Assembly (NCBI GenBank): GCA_963779695.1
Contig: CAVZZH010000024.1
Coordinates: 16,669 to 80,668 of the forward strand
Length of the DNA stretch: 64,000 nt
Origin: an uncultured Solirubrobacterales bacterium
GTDB lineage: Bacteria > Actinomycetota > Thermoleophilia > Solirubrobacterales > Solirubrobacteraceae
Direction: 5' to 3'
The notes under the pieces are model-generated. The model ran no database searches, was not told where the DNA came from, and was given only the letters and a program-made list of their open reading frames with translations. Positions 56,380 through 64,000 of the stretch are shown here, one piece after another. The translations under genes were made by a program, and so were the position numbers. The stretch's first letter is position 1, and each line of letters opens with the position of its first letter.

Positions 56380-57414
56380 TCACACGCCGCCGGAGAGTGA
56401 GTGCGGCGCCGGCTGGTGGCGTGGTGGTGGGTCGTCCTTGACCAGCTGCGAGAGCGTGACGAGCTTGAAGTGACGCTGGCGCAGCCGCGTGATGATGCGC
56501 GGCAGCGCCGCGACCGTTTCGCTGCGCTCGCCGCCGCCGTCATGCATGAGGATGATCGCGCCCGGCTGGGCGCCGCTGACCGCGCTGTAGACGATCCGAT
56601 GGGTCCCGGGGCGGGCGTAGTCCTTCGTGTCGACGCTCCACAGAGCCATCAGCATCCGCTGTGCGCGCAGTACCTGGAGGGTCGTCGTGTTGAAGGATCC
56701 GTACGGCGGGCGCATCAGCCGGGGGGCGGGCGCGCCGGCGGCCCTGATCAGCCGAGCGTCGCCGCCGATCTGCTCGGACTGGGCCGGCCCCGAGAGCTGT
56801 GCGAGCGGCGGGTGGCTCATCGTGTGATCGCCGACATCGTTGCCTGCCCGGGCCTCCTCGGCGACGAGCCGCTTGTACGTCGCCACCTGAAGGCCGACGA
56901 CGAAGAACGTCGCGTGGACGTGCATCCGGCTGAGGATCCGGAGCACGTCGCGCGTGTACGGGCTCGGCCCATCGTCGAACGTCAGCGCGACCTCGCGACG
57001 CCGGTGCCCGGCGAGCTGCACATACGACGTGTACCGGAGCACGGGGTTGACCGATGCGGCGCTCGCGGATGGCGCCGTGTGCTGCGCGCGGACGTGTCTT
57101 GACGTCGTGGACCGGGTCGGCCGGTGTGGCGTCGTGGCGGTGGTCGTCGTTGCCGTGGTCTTCGCCGGCCGTGCCGGTGGGGACGGCGTCGCGGCGACGA
57201 TTGGCCGCGCCTCGTGGGCGGCCGGCGAGCTGCCGCCCGAGGTCACCACGAACACGGCCCCGGCCGCGATCGCCGCCACCGCGGTGATCCCCGCGTTGCG
57301 CCGCCGGCGGTGGGCGCGGCGGCGTCGCAACGCCACGCGTCGAGCCGTGAGTTCAGATGTGGTCAGCAGTTGCCCGGGAGCCCGCGGACGAGCGTGCACC
57401 GACTCGTCTTCCAT
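56380..57414 (-). CDS. Membrane-anchored polysaccharide deacetylase (CE4/NodB)
   Basis: ALTFDDGP, ATFF, HTMSHP, RPPYG, W.VD..D, IILMHD. Confidence 0.95.
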   Translation of the reverse strand: MEDESVHARPRAPGQLLTTSELTARRVALRRRRAHRRRRNAGITAVAAIAAGAVFVVTSGGSSPAAHEARPIVAATPSPPARPAKTTATTTTATTPHRPTRSTTSRHVRAQHTAPSASAASVNPVLRYTSYVQLAGHRRREVALTFDDGPSPYTRDVLRILSRMHVHATFFVVGLQVATYKRLVAEEARAGNDVGDHTMSHPPLAQLSGPAQSEQIGGDARLIRAAGAPAPRLMRPPYGSFNTTTLQVLRAQRMLMALWSVDTKDYARPGTHRIVYSAVSGAQPGAIILMHDGGGERSETVAALPRIITRLRQRHFKLVTLSQLVKDDPPPRHQPAPHSLSGGV

Positions 57415-57446
57415 GAGGCGCTGATTGTGGCAGCGCCGAGCCCCTG

Positions 57447-58049
57447 TCAGTCGTCGTGACCGTGCGCTTGCATTTCAGACGACTCCGCGTCGTTCTCGCC
57501 CCCGCTCTTCGCGTGCGCCGCGTTCTCGTCGGCGATCGCACCCGCGTCGACGTCACGCGTCTCCCTGTTGCCCGGGTTGTGGAGCCGCTCCCGCGTCTCA
57601 TCGCTGATCTTGTCCGCGTTGGGCGTCTCAAGCGAACCGGGATCCTCGACGCGCTCCGCTGCTGCATCGGTGTCCTCAGGGACGAGCGTCGCGTACGAGT
57701 CGTTGTCTCCACGCAGCTCCTGATCGGCACGGTCGATGCCGTAGTGGTCACGTAGGGCCCGGTCACACTCCGGCGAGATGGTGTCCGCATCGTCGAGCTC
57801 TGGCGTGTTGCCGATGTGGTCCTTGCTGTACGGAACGCGCAGCTCCCCGTTCTCGTCTTTGAGCCGGGCGAGGGGGATGAGCACGTTGCGCTTATCGCCC
57901 AGCCCAAACTTCGCTTCGACGCTGACCCACATCGCGTCGCCGTCGCCGCCGATCGCGTAGATCTCCTTGATCTCACCGATCGGGTTCTGCTCCTGGTCGG
58001 CGACCTTCTTGCCGGGCAGGGTGCTGACATCGTCGATCGGCGCTGTCAT
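57447..58049 (-). CDS. PRC-barrel domain protein with acidic tail
   Basis: G.KV.D…IGEI.EIY…WVSV..GL…LIPL…LRVPYSKD.I…P…L..HYG. Confidence 0.85.
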   Translation of the reverse strand: MTAPIDDVSTLPGKKVADQEQNPIGEIKEIYAIGGDGDAMWVSVEAKFGLGDKRNVLIPLARLKDENGELRVPYSKDHIGNTPELDDADTISPECDRALRDHYGIDRADQELRGDNDSYATLVPEDTDAAAERVEDPGSLETPNADKISDETRERLHNPGNRETRDVDAGAIADENAAHAKSGGENDAESSEMQAHGHDD

Positions 58050-58257
58050 CTCTAGCTCCTCTCGTCTCCGGTTCAGGTCCCTGCCCGTCGAGCTACCCCC
58101 CGAGCCAAGGACTCACGCGCAACCTGGCGCGCCTCGTAGTCCGCCACCGCGCCGGCGCACATTTCCACGGATGCACGATGCGGCCGAGGACGGGAACCTG
58201 AACCTAGCTTCGGACGCTAAACTAGCTTTGTTACCGAGCGCACAAGGAGGTGCGCAC

Positions 58258-58755
58258 GTGGGCGCCACGCTGACCGACCGATCACCACGTTCCTCGCAGG
58301 CGACATCGCGTCGCCCCGAGTTGAACTGGCTGGTCCCGGTCCTCGTGGGCGTGAGCGTGATCGCGATGGTCGTCGGCCTGCTCGCGTTCGTCAACGAGAC
58401 GCCGACCACGCAGCTGCACAGCCAGGTGAACGCGTTGACGCAGCGAGTCGGCGCACTCGAGACCCAGGTGCGCGCCGGGCAGCGGGCGCTCACGGCTGAG
58501 CGCCACCGCCGGGCCGCGGCCGAGCGTGTGATGCGGTCTGCGCTCGCCGGCTTGCGGGACGCGTCAAACACGACCGCCTCGGCAGCCGATCTCAACCTGC
58601 TCCACGCCGACCTCTACCGGCTCGGGCAGTGTCTTCCGCAGCTCCAGCGCGAGCTCGGGTCGCTCCGCGTCCAGAGCACCGACGTCAACGGTTGGCTGAC
58701 CGGCGTGACGCTGCTGCGCGCGTCGGTGCCGACGGCTTGTGCCTCGGGGTTCTGA
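58258..58755 (+). CDS. Hypothetical membrane-anchored coiled-coil protein
   Basis: RBS AAGGAGG before GTG; one TM, heptad pattern, two Cys. Confidence 0.65.
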   Translation: MGATLTDRSPRSSQATSRRPELNWLVPVLVGVSVIAMVVGLLAFVNETPTTQLHSQVNALTQRVGALETQVRAGQRALTAERHRRAAAERVMRSALAGLRDASNTTASAADLNLLHADLYRLGQCLPQLQRELGSLRVQSTDVNGWLTGVTLLRASVPTACASGF

Positions 58756-58764
58756 GCCGGGACA

Positions 58765-60303
58765 CTAGAGCTTGATCAGCGCGGCGCTGTAGGCGGGAAG
58801 CCGGATCGGGTAGAGCCCGCGGACCGCGCTGACCTCGGTGGTCGTGCGTGTACCGTGCCAGCGACCGTCCTCGCCGATCGTCTGACCCGCGAGGCTCTCG
58901 CCGGTCTCGGCGGCGGGGGACGGCCCAAGCAGCCGGGTGACGATGGCGTCGCGAGATCGCAGCGGCTGGACGAGCGTTTGCACAGTCTGGGGGCTCTTGT
59001 TGAGCTCGAGCAGCATCGTCCCGTGGGATGAGGACACGGCCCATCCCTTGATCGCCTCGTGATCCGGGGCGTTGCTGCTGACGCGCAGCAGCTCGGCCTT
59101 CGGCCCGAGCATCCGCGCGAACGCCGCGAGTCCGTAGGCCTCGGCGTGGACGGTCACGCCCTGCGTCGCGTCGAGAGCGAACGGCGCATTCGACAGTTCC
59201 GGGCGGATGTGCCAGTTGACACCGTCGACGCCGACGCTCGCCATCTCGAACAGGGCGTCCGGTGCCCACAGGGCGGTGGCGAACGACGCCGCGAGTGCGG
59301 CCCGACCGCCGCAGGTGAACGAGTTCATCTCGCTGACGCGGATCGGGATCTGATTGGCGGCGGCGAACCTGAGATCACCGGTCAGGGTGCGGGCAAGCCC
59401 ACCGGAGAATCGGTTCTCAAGAAACGCCGCGGCATCCGGGACGGCGCGGCGCTGCTTGCTGTTGCAGGTCGCCGTCGCGTAGCGGTGAAAGGAGAGACTC
59501 GCGGGTCGGAGGGATCCGAGTGTCACGAGCTTCGTGGGCCACGCGACACTCGGATACGTGAGTTCAGGGCCGGCGAGTGGGATGCCACGGAGGTGACGAG
59601 TGATCGCGCGCGCGTACGTGCGAAAGTCGTCGACATAGGTGTCGACGTTGTACTTGTGGGTCCAGTGCTTGGGGGTGCTCTTCGTCGTGCTCGCCAGCCG
59701 TTCGGCCTCAAGGCTCGGCTGAAGCCGGTAGAGGTCGGGCTCGTTGCCGATCGCGAGCCCGGCGAGCGTGCCGCGTGGGAGCGCGCGCTCCGCCGCCTCG
59801 GCGAACGCGAGCGCCATCGTCGGGGAGTGGGCGACGAGGTTGACCGTGAGCTCGATCCGGAGGTTGTCGCGTTGGACGAGATCGACGAGGTCGTTCATCC
59901 ATGTCGCATCGAGGAACTTCACCCAGCGGGGAAGCGTCGTGGGGTGCTGTCCCCACACGGCGGCGTCGGCGGAGCGGCCCCCGAGCCGCAGCTGGAGCGG
60001 CTCGCCATTGCCCGGCCGCAGGATCGCGAGCATCCGATCGAATGGCAGGCCGGCGTCGGCAAATGCGGTGAGCTTGTCGACCTCGATCGAGAGGCCGAAG
60101 AAGTCGTCCGGGATCGGCCGGACCCCCGATTTCACGGTGAATGTGACTGACGGCGTCGCCGCCGCGGCGGTCGCCGGGACGGAGAACAGTGCGAGTCCGG
60201 CGAGGGCGGCGCAGAGCATGGCGACGAGCGCGCGGCGTACACGCGCGTCGATCGGTCGGCAGACCGGTGCAGTGTCGGTTGCGGTGATCCCTGGTAGGCC
60301 CAT
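58765..60303 (-). CDS. Secreted glycoside hydrolase family 79-like protein
   Basis: FFGLSIE, LRLGGRSAD, IGNEPD, RVSEMNS, SFATALWAPD; paralog of 24227-25677. Confidence 0.82.
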   Translation of the reverse strand: MGLPGITATDTAPVCRPIDARVRRALVAMLCAALAGLALFSVPATAAAATPSVTFTVKSGVRPIPDDFFGLSIEVDKLTAFADAGLPFDRMLAILRPGNGEPLQLRLGGRSADAAVWGQHPTTLPRWVKFLDATWMNDLVDLVQRDNLRIELTVNLVAHSPTMALAFAEAAERALPRGTLAGLAIGNEPDLYRLQPSLEAERLASTTKSTPKHWTHKYNVDTYVDDFRTYARAITRHLRGIPLAGPELTYPSVAWPTKLVTLGSLRPASLSFHRYATATCNSKQRRAVPDAAAFLENRFSGGLARTLTGDLRFAAANQIPIRVSEMNSFTCGGRAALAASFATALWAPDALFEMASVGVDGVNWHIRPELSNAPFALDATQGVTVHAEAYGLAAFARMLGPKAELLRVSSNAPDHEAIKGWAVSSSHGTMLLELNKSPQTVQTLVQPLRSRDAIVTRLLGPSPAAETGESLAGQTIGEDGRWHGTRTTTEVSAVRGLYPIRLPAYSAALIKL

Positions 60304-60445
60304 CGCCTCGCGCCCTAATCGATGAGCCTGAAGCGACCGTAGTATGCCCGACGGGCCGACGGGCACCGCCGGTCGTCCGAATTCTGATCGAACGCGAGTC
60401 CTGACCGGCCCGGGACCGCCCGGGCCGGTCAGCAGATGACGTGGG

Positions 60446-60754
60446 TCAGGCGGCGAGCTCGCGCTCGGCGGCGAGCCAGTGCGCAACGCTGTCGCCGTCG
60501 ACGCCGGCCTCGTAGAGCTGGTACGCGCGCTCGGCGATCTGGTCGGGTGTGGGGAGGTGATGCAACGCGACGCGGTCCTGCCAGTGCTCGATCCCGCCAG
60601 TGCGGCGCATCGCGTCCCAAAGGCTGCGCTGGCCGAGCGCGATGAGCTGAGCACGATTGGGGAACTGGCCGAGCTCGCTGATCGCGGCTCGCAGGTCGTT
60701 TTCGATGCGCGCGTCGGTCCAGCGACGCGTGCCGGGAGTGATCGTTGCGGTCAT
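60446..60754 (-). CDS. DUF2934-domain small protein with N-terminal helical domain
   Basis: IAERAYQLYE…HWLAAEREL. Confidence 0.75.
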   Translation of the reverse strand: MTATITPGTRRWTDARIENDLRAAISELGQFPNRAQLIALGQRSLWDAMRRTGGIEHWQDRVALHHLPTPDQIAERAYQLYEAGVDGDSVAHWLAAERELAA

Positions 60755-60805
60755 GGTCAGGAAGGCTACGGGTCGGACCGGCGGATGAGTCGCCGAGGCC
60801 TCTGA

Positions 60806-62086
60806 TCAGGCCGCCGGCTGCGCGTGCGGCCCGGGCCGACCTGTGGCACGGCGCAGCTTCACGCGTCGCACCAGGTCCTGGAGACCAGCGGCGGCGAGGA
60901 CCACGAGCGCGACGTCGGCGGGCTCACGGAAGCGAACGAAGCCGTAGGTCAGGATCGCCGTCAACGAGACGACGACAAACGGGATCACGAGGACGCCCAC
61001 TGGCTGGCGGCGGCGGCGAACGGCGACGAGGCCGAACGCCGCCGGGATCAGCAGTGCGTAGTACATGAGCACGCCGACATCCTGGAGTGCGCCGGAGCGG
61101 CCCTCCGGCACGGATCTCGGTGCAGAGAAGCTCCACACGCGCAGCCAGCGCGCGACCATCACGACGGGGAGCCGGAGGAGGTGGTGTCGCGCGTAGCTGA
61201 TGCCCGCGTCGGACTGCTTGCCCGCGACCTGCGCTTCGTTGCCCGGGTAGGCGCGGACGCAGCGGACGTCCCAGCCGCCGATCTCGGACCCGTAGTAGGT
61301 CAAGTGGCAGTTCGCGCCCGCCACGACCGATCCCGAGTCGTTGGCGATCGGCACGAAACGATGGAACACCACGGCGTTGCGGATCGTCCACGGCGCGAGT
61401 ACGACGATGAAGCACGCGCCCATGGCGGCCAGCGGAACGACCCGCCGGATCGCGAACGCGAGGTAGAGGAGGGTGACGACGAACAGCGCCACGCCCTCTC
61501 CGCGTGTCAGCGCGGCAAGACCGAGCGCCACGCCGAGGGCGGCCGCGCGCGCCCAGTTCGGCCGCTTGACGACGAGCCACGTCCCCAGCAGCGAGAGCGC
61601 GGCGAGCATTCCGTAGAGCGACTCGCTCATCAGGGCCCCGTCTGCACCGATGAGGATCGGGTAGATGGCGGCGAGCCCGGCGGCCAGCAGCCCGGTCACG
61701 TCGTCGCCGACATCGCGTCCCAGTACGCCGACGGTCGCGATCGTGACCGCGCCGAACAGAGATCCCAGGAGCCGCTGTGCCTCCTCACCGGTCCCGCCGA
61801 GCTTGGCCAGACCGGCAAGCACGATGGTGTAGAACGGCGGGTGGCCCGCGGTCTGGATGAACTGCCCAGTGAACAAACCCGTCGGACTGACGAACCCGTG
61901 GCCGTGCGCGAGAAGTACCGGGACGCCCGAGTAATAGAACTCGTCGGTGACGCCGTGGGGCGGCCACGGCGCCCACACAACCGTGTAGATCACCCGGATC
62001 GCGACACCGACGGCGACGATCAGCAGGAGCCCGAGCCGGAAGCCGGGAGGAGTTAGCGCTCGCCGTTGCGTCCCCCCGCTGGACAT
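60806..62086 (-). CDS. GT-C fold glycosyltransferase (PMT/ArnT-like, GT39/GT83)
   Basis: DEFYY, HPPFY, LMSESL, ALTR.E, PWTIRN, RFR. Confidence 0.82.
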   Translation of the reverse strand: MSSGGTQRRALTPPGFRLGLLLIVAVGVAIRVIYTVVWAPWPPHGVTDEFYYSGVPVLLAHGHGFVSPTGLFTGQFIQTAGHPPFYTIVLAGLAKLGGTGEEAQRLLGSLFGAVTIATVGVLGRDVGDDVTGLLAAGLAAIYPILIGADGALMSESLYGMLAALSLLGTWLVVKRPNWARAAALGVALGLAALTRGEGVALFVVTLLYLAFAIRRVVPLAAMGACFIVVLAPWTIRNAVVFHRFVPIANDSGSVVAGANCHLTYYGSEIGGWDVRCVRAYPGNEAQVAGKQSDAGISYARHHLLRLPVVMVARWLRVWSFSAPRSVPEGRSGALQDVGVLMYYALLIPAAFGLVAVRRRRQPVGVLVIPFVVVSLTAILTYGFVRFREPADVALVVLAAAGLQDLVRRVKLRRATGRPGPHAQPAA

Positions 62087-62244
62087 CGCCCGCACCCTAC
62101 TCGTGGTGAGCGACACGAGGGTGGCCCGGCTCACCGACCGCGGCGATCGTGTACCCGGCGTGGCAGGCGATCGGTTAGACTCGTCCACCGAACCGGAGAG
62201 GGTGTCCACAACATCCGGGGTCGGAAACCCTCCCCCTGGAAGCG

Positions 62245-62865
62245 ATGAGCGATCCGCTGACCCACCCGCCGACCAGGCGCGTCGACGCAGAGCGGAACCG
62301 CGAGAAGATCCTCGAGGCCGCCCGCGCCGCATTTGCCGAACCCGACGCGGACGTTTCCATGGCGGAGATCTCCCGGCGTGCCGGGGTTGGCCCGGCGACC
62401 CTATACCGCAACTTCTCGAGCCGCCGCGAGCTTCTCGAGGCCCTCTATGTCGACGAGATCGACGCCGTATGCGACGCGGCCACATCGATCGACGGCGAGA
62501 CACCGGGAGCGATCTTCACCGCGTGGCTGCGCCGCTTCTTCACGTACTTCACGAGCAAGCGCCCCGTCGCGACGGAGCTGCTCGAGCAGTCAGACCCGGA
62601 CAACCCGGTGCTCGGAGCGGGGCGCCCCCGGGTGCTCGCGGCCGGCCGACCACTCATGCGCGCCGCCCAGGACTCCGGCGAGGTCCGAGACGACCTCACG
62701 CTCGAACAGGTCCTCGACATGGTCGGCGCCGTCGCCAAGATCCCCGGTGACACCGGCTACATCGAGCCGATCCTCCAAGCGGCGCTCGACGCACTCCGGC
62801 CTGTCGGCGACGCCGGCCGTCGACCGCCGACGCGCAGGCGCCCCGGATCCTCAGGTGCGCGCTGA
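62245..62865 (+). CDS. TetR/AcrR family regulator
   Basis: RVDAERNREKILEAA, SMAEISRRAGVGPATLYRNF. Confidence 0.95.
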   Translation: MSDPLTHPPTRRVDAERNREKILEAARAAFAEPDADVSMAEISRRAGVGPATLYRNFSSRRELLEALYVDEIDAVCDAATSIDGETPGAIFTAWLRRFFTYFTSKRPVATELLEQSDPDNPVLGAGRPRVLAAGRPLMRAAQDSGEVRDDLTLEQVLDMVGAVAKIPGDTGYIEPILQAALDALRPVGDAGRRPPTRRRPGSSGAR

Positions 62866-62993
62866 GGTGGCAATTGTGAACATTTGGAAGCTGTGCGGAT
62901 GGTGGCTGCGGGTTTTCTGCGGATGTGCGCTCGGCGCCGTGGGAGCAGGATCGGTGCACCCTTTGTCTTCGACCCACAGGAGTCGCGGTAGCG

Positions 62994-63989
62994 ATGGAAC
63001 GGATCACCGGAGCATTGGGGGGAGAGGATGAGTTGCCGAGGCAGGGCCTATCGGCGGGAACCCGGGCGACCCTCGGTCGGATCGGGACGACGCCGCCTGC
63101 GCTAACCAGCCGGTTTCTCGCCGCGGTGGCACTCGCGCAGGAGGTGCACGGTCACGTGCGCCGCAGCGGTACGGAGATCCCGTATGTCGCGCATCTGCTG
63201 GTGGTCACCGGGCTGGTGATCGAGGATGGCGGCGATGAGGATCAGGCGATCGCGGCGATGCTGCATGACACGGTGGAGGACGGCGGCGGGCGGGCGATGC
63301 TCGAGCGGATCGCGCGCTCCTTCGGGCCGGGCGTCGCCGCCATCGTGGAGGCGTGCTCAGACACGGTCGATTTGGTCGAGGTGGAAACGTGGATCGAGCG
63401 CAAGCGCCGCTATCTCGCGCATCTGCCCGAGGTCGAAGACGACGCGATCCTGCGGGTCGCGCTCGCCGACAAGGTCCACAACGCCCGCTCGATCGTGCGC
63501 GACTATCGCGAAGAGGGGCACGTGCTGTGGGACCGATTCACGCAGAAGACCGCGCGTGAGCAGCTCTGGTACTACGGCGGGCTGCTTGCGTTCTTCGAAG
63601 CACGCCGTCCAGGCCCGCTCACCGAAGACCTGCTGCGCGCTGTCGGCGAGCTGTCCTGGCTGGTCGCGCGCGACGACGCACAGCGCAGCGGGCAGATCTC
63701 GCTCTGGGTCGATCCCGACCTCCACACGCGCCAGGCCCCGCACGGCTGGATTCAGGTCCGGACGGCCGATGAGACGATCGCGCTGCTCGACGAGTTCGCG
63801 GTGCAGAAGATTTCCTTCAACGCCCCCGCGGGCGCCTCAGCGGTTGTCCATTGGCTGCACGAGCAGGATGCGGCCGGTCGTGACTGCTGGCCGCGCGAGC
63901 AGATCGGGTTCCACGGCGAGCACGATCTCCGCGTGATCGATCAGCTGATTGCGGCGATTGAGCACCATTCCCACAGCGCGGGAGTGTGA
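62994..63989 (+). CDS. RelA/SpoT-type (Mesh1-like) HD hydrolase with C-terminal receiver-like domain
   Basis: HG..R…IPYVAH, AAMLHDTVEDG, FG..VA.IV, LADKVHNARS; C-terminus LWVD…R.AP.GW..VRT..E.IALL….ISF. Confidence 0.85.
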   Translation: MERITGALGGEDELPRQGLSAGTRATLGRIGTTPPALTSRFLAAVALAQEVHGHVRRSGTEIPYVAHLLVVTGLVIEDGGDEDQAIAAMLHDTVEDGGGRAMLERIARSFGPGVAAIVEACSDTVDLVEVETWIERKRRYLAHLPEVEDDAILRVALADKVHNARSIVRDYREEGHVLWDRFTQKTAREQLWYYGGLLAFFEARRPGPLTEDLLRAVGELSWLVARDDAQRSGQISLWVDPDLHTRQAPHGWIQVRTADETIALLDEFAVQKISFNAPAGASAVVHWLHEQDAAGRDCWPREQIGFHGEHDLRVIDQLIAAIEHHSHSAGV

Positions 63990-64000
63990 TCCCGATCTCC

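Noticed and set aside
1-64000. tRNA, rRNA, CRISPR arrays, integrases or transposases
   Set aside because: None was recognised by eye. tRNAscan/Infernal could not be run.

Overview
High-GC actinobacterial chromosome segment. The gene style and content suggest Thermoleophilia/Solirubrobacterales, but this is an inference. The conserved backbone hisS-aspS-mnmA-alaS-ruvX-mltG-aroE ... aroC-aroKB-aroQ-M24 peptidase-efp-nusB encloses a ~27 kb type IV pilus locus with no secretin gene in the window (pilB/T/C, two pilins, pilD, pilMNO, a PilP-position protein and a PKD protein). Three GT-C glycosyltransferases and an O-methyltransferase are interleaved with the pilus genes. Notable items: a UGA-readthrough glutaredoxin-like selenoprotein with a SECIS hairpin, missed by the ORF track; sigma28/WhiG-type promoters in front of the pilus genes; an IscU-like domain fused to MnmA; a 3.5 kb diverged tandem duplication that creates an in-frame PilC-PilB fusion; a 164 bp long-hairpin element; and a Mesh1/SpoT-type HD hydrolase fused to a probable cyclic-phosphate-processing receiver domain. 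Many frameshifts look like strain-mixture consensus artefacts, so the duplication and the pseudogene calls need read-level checking. The right third is accessory: a two-component system, glycoside hydrolases, TetR modules and a decarboxylase-MFS pair. No tRNA, rRNA or CRISPR was seen.
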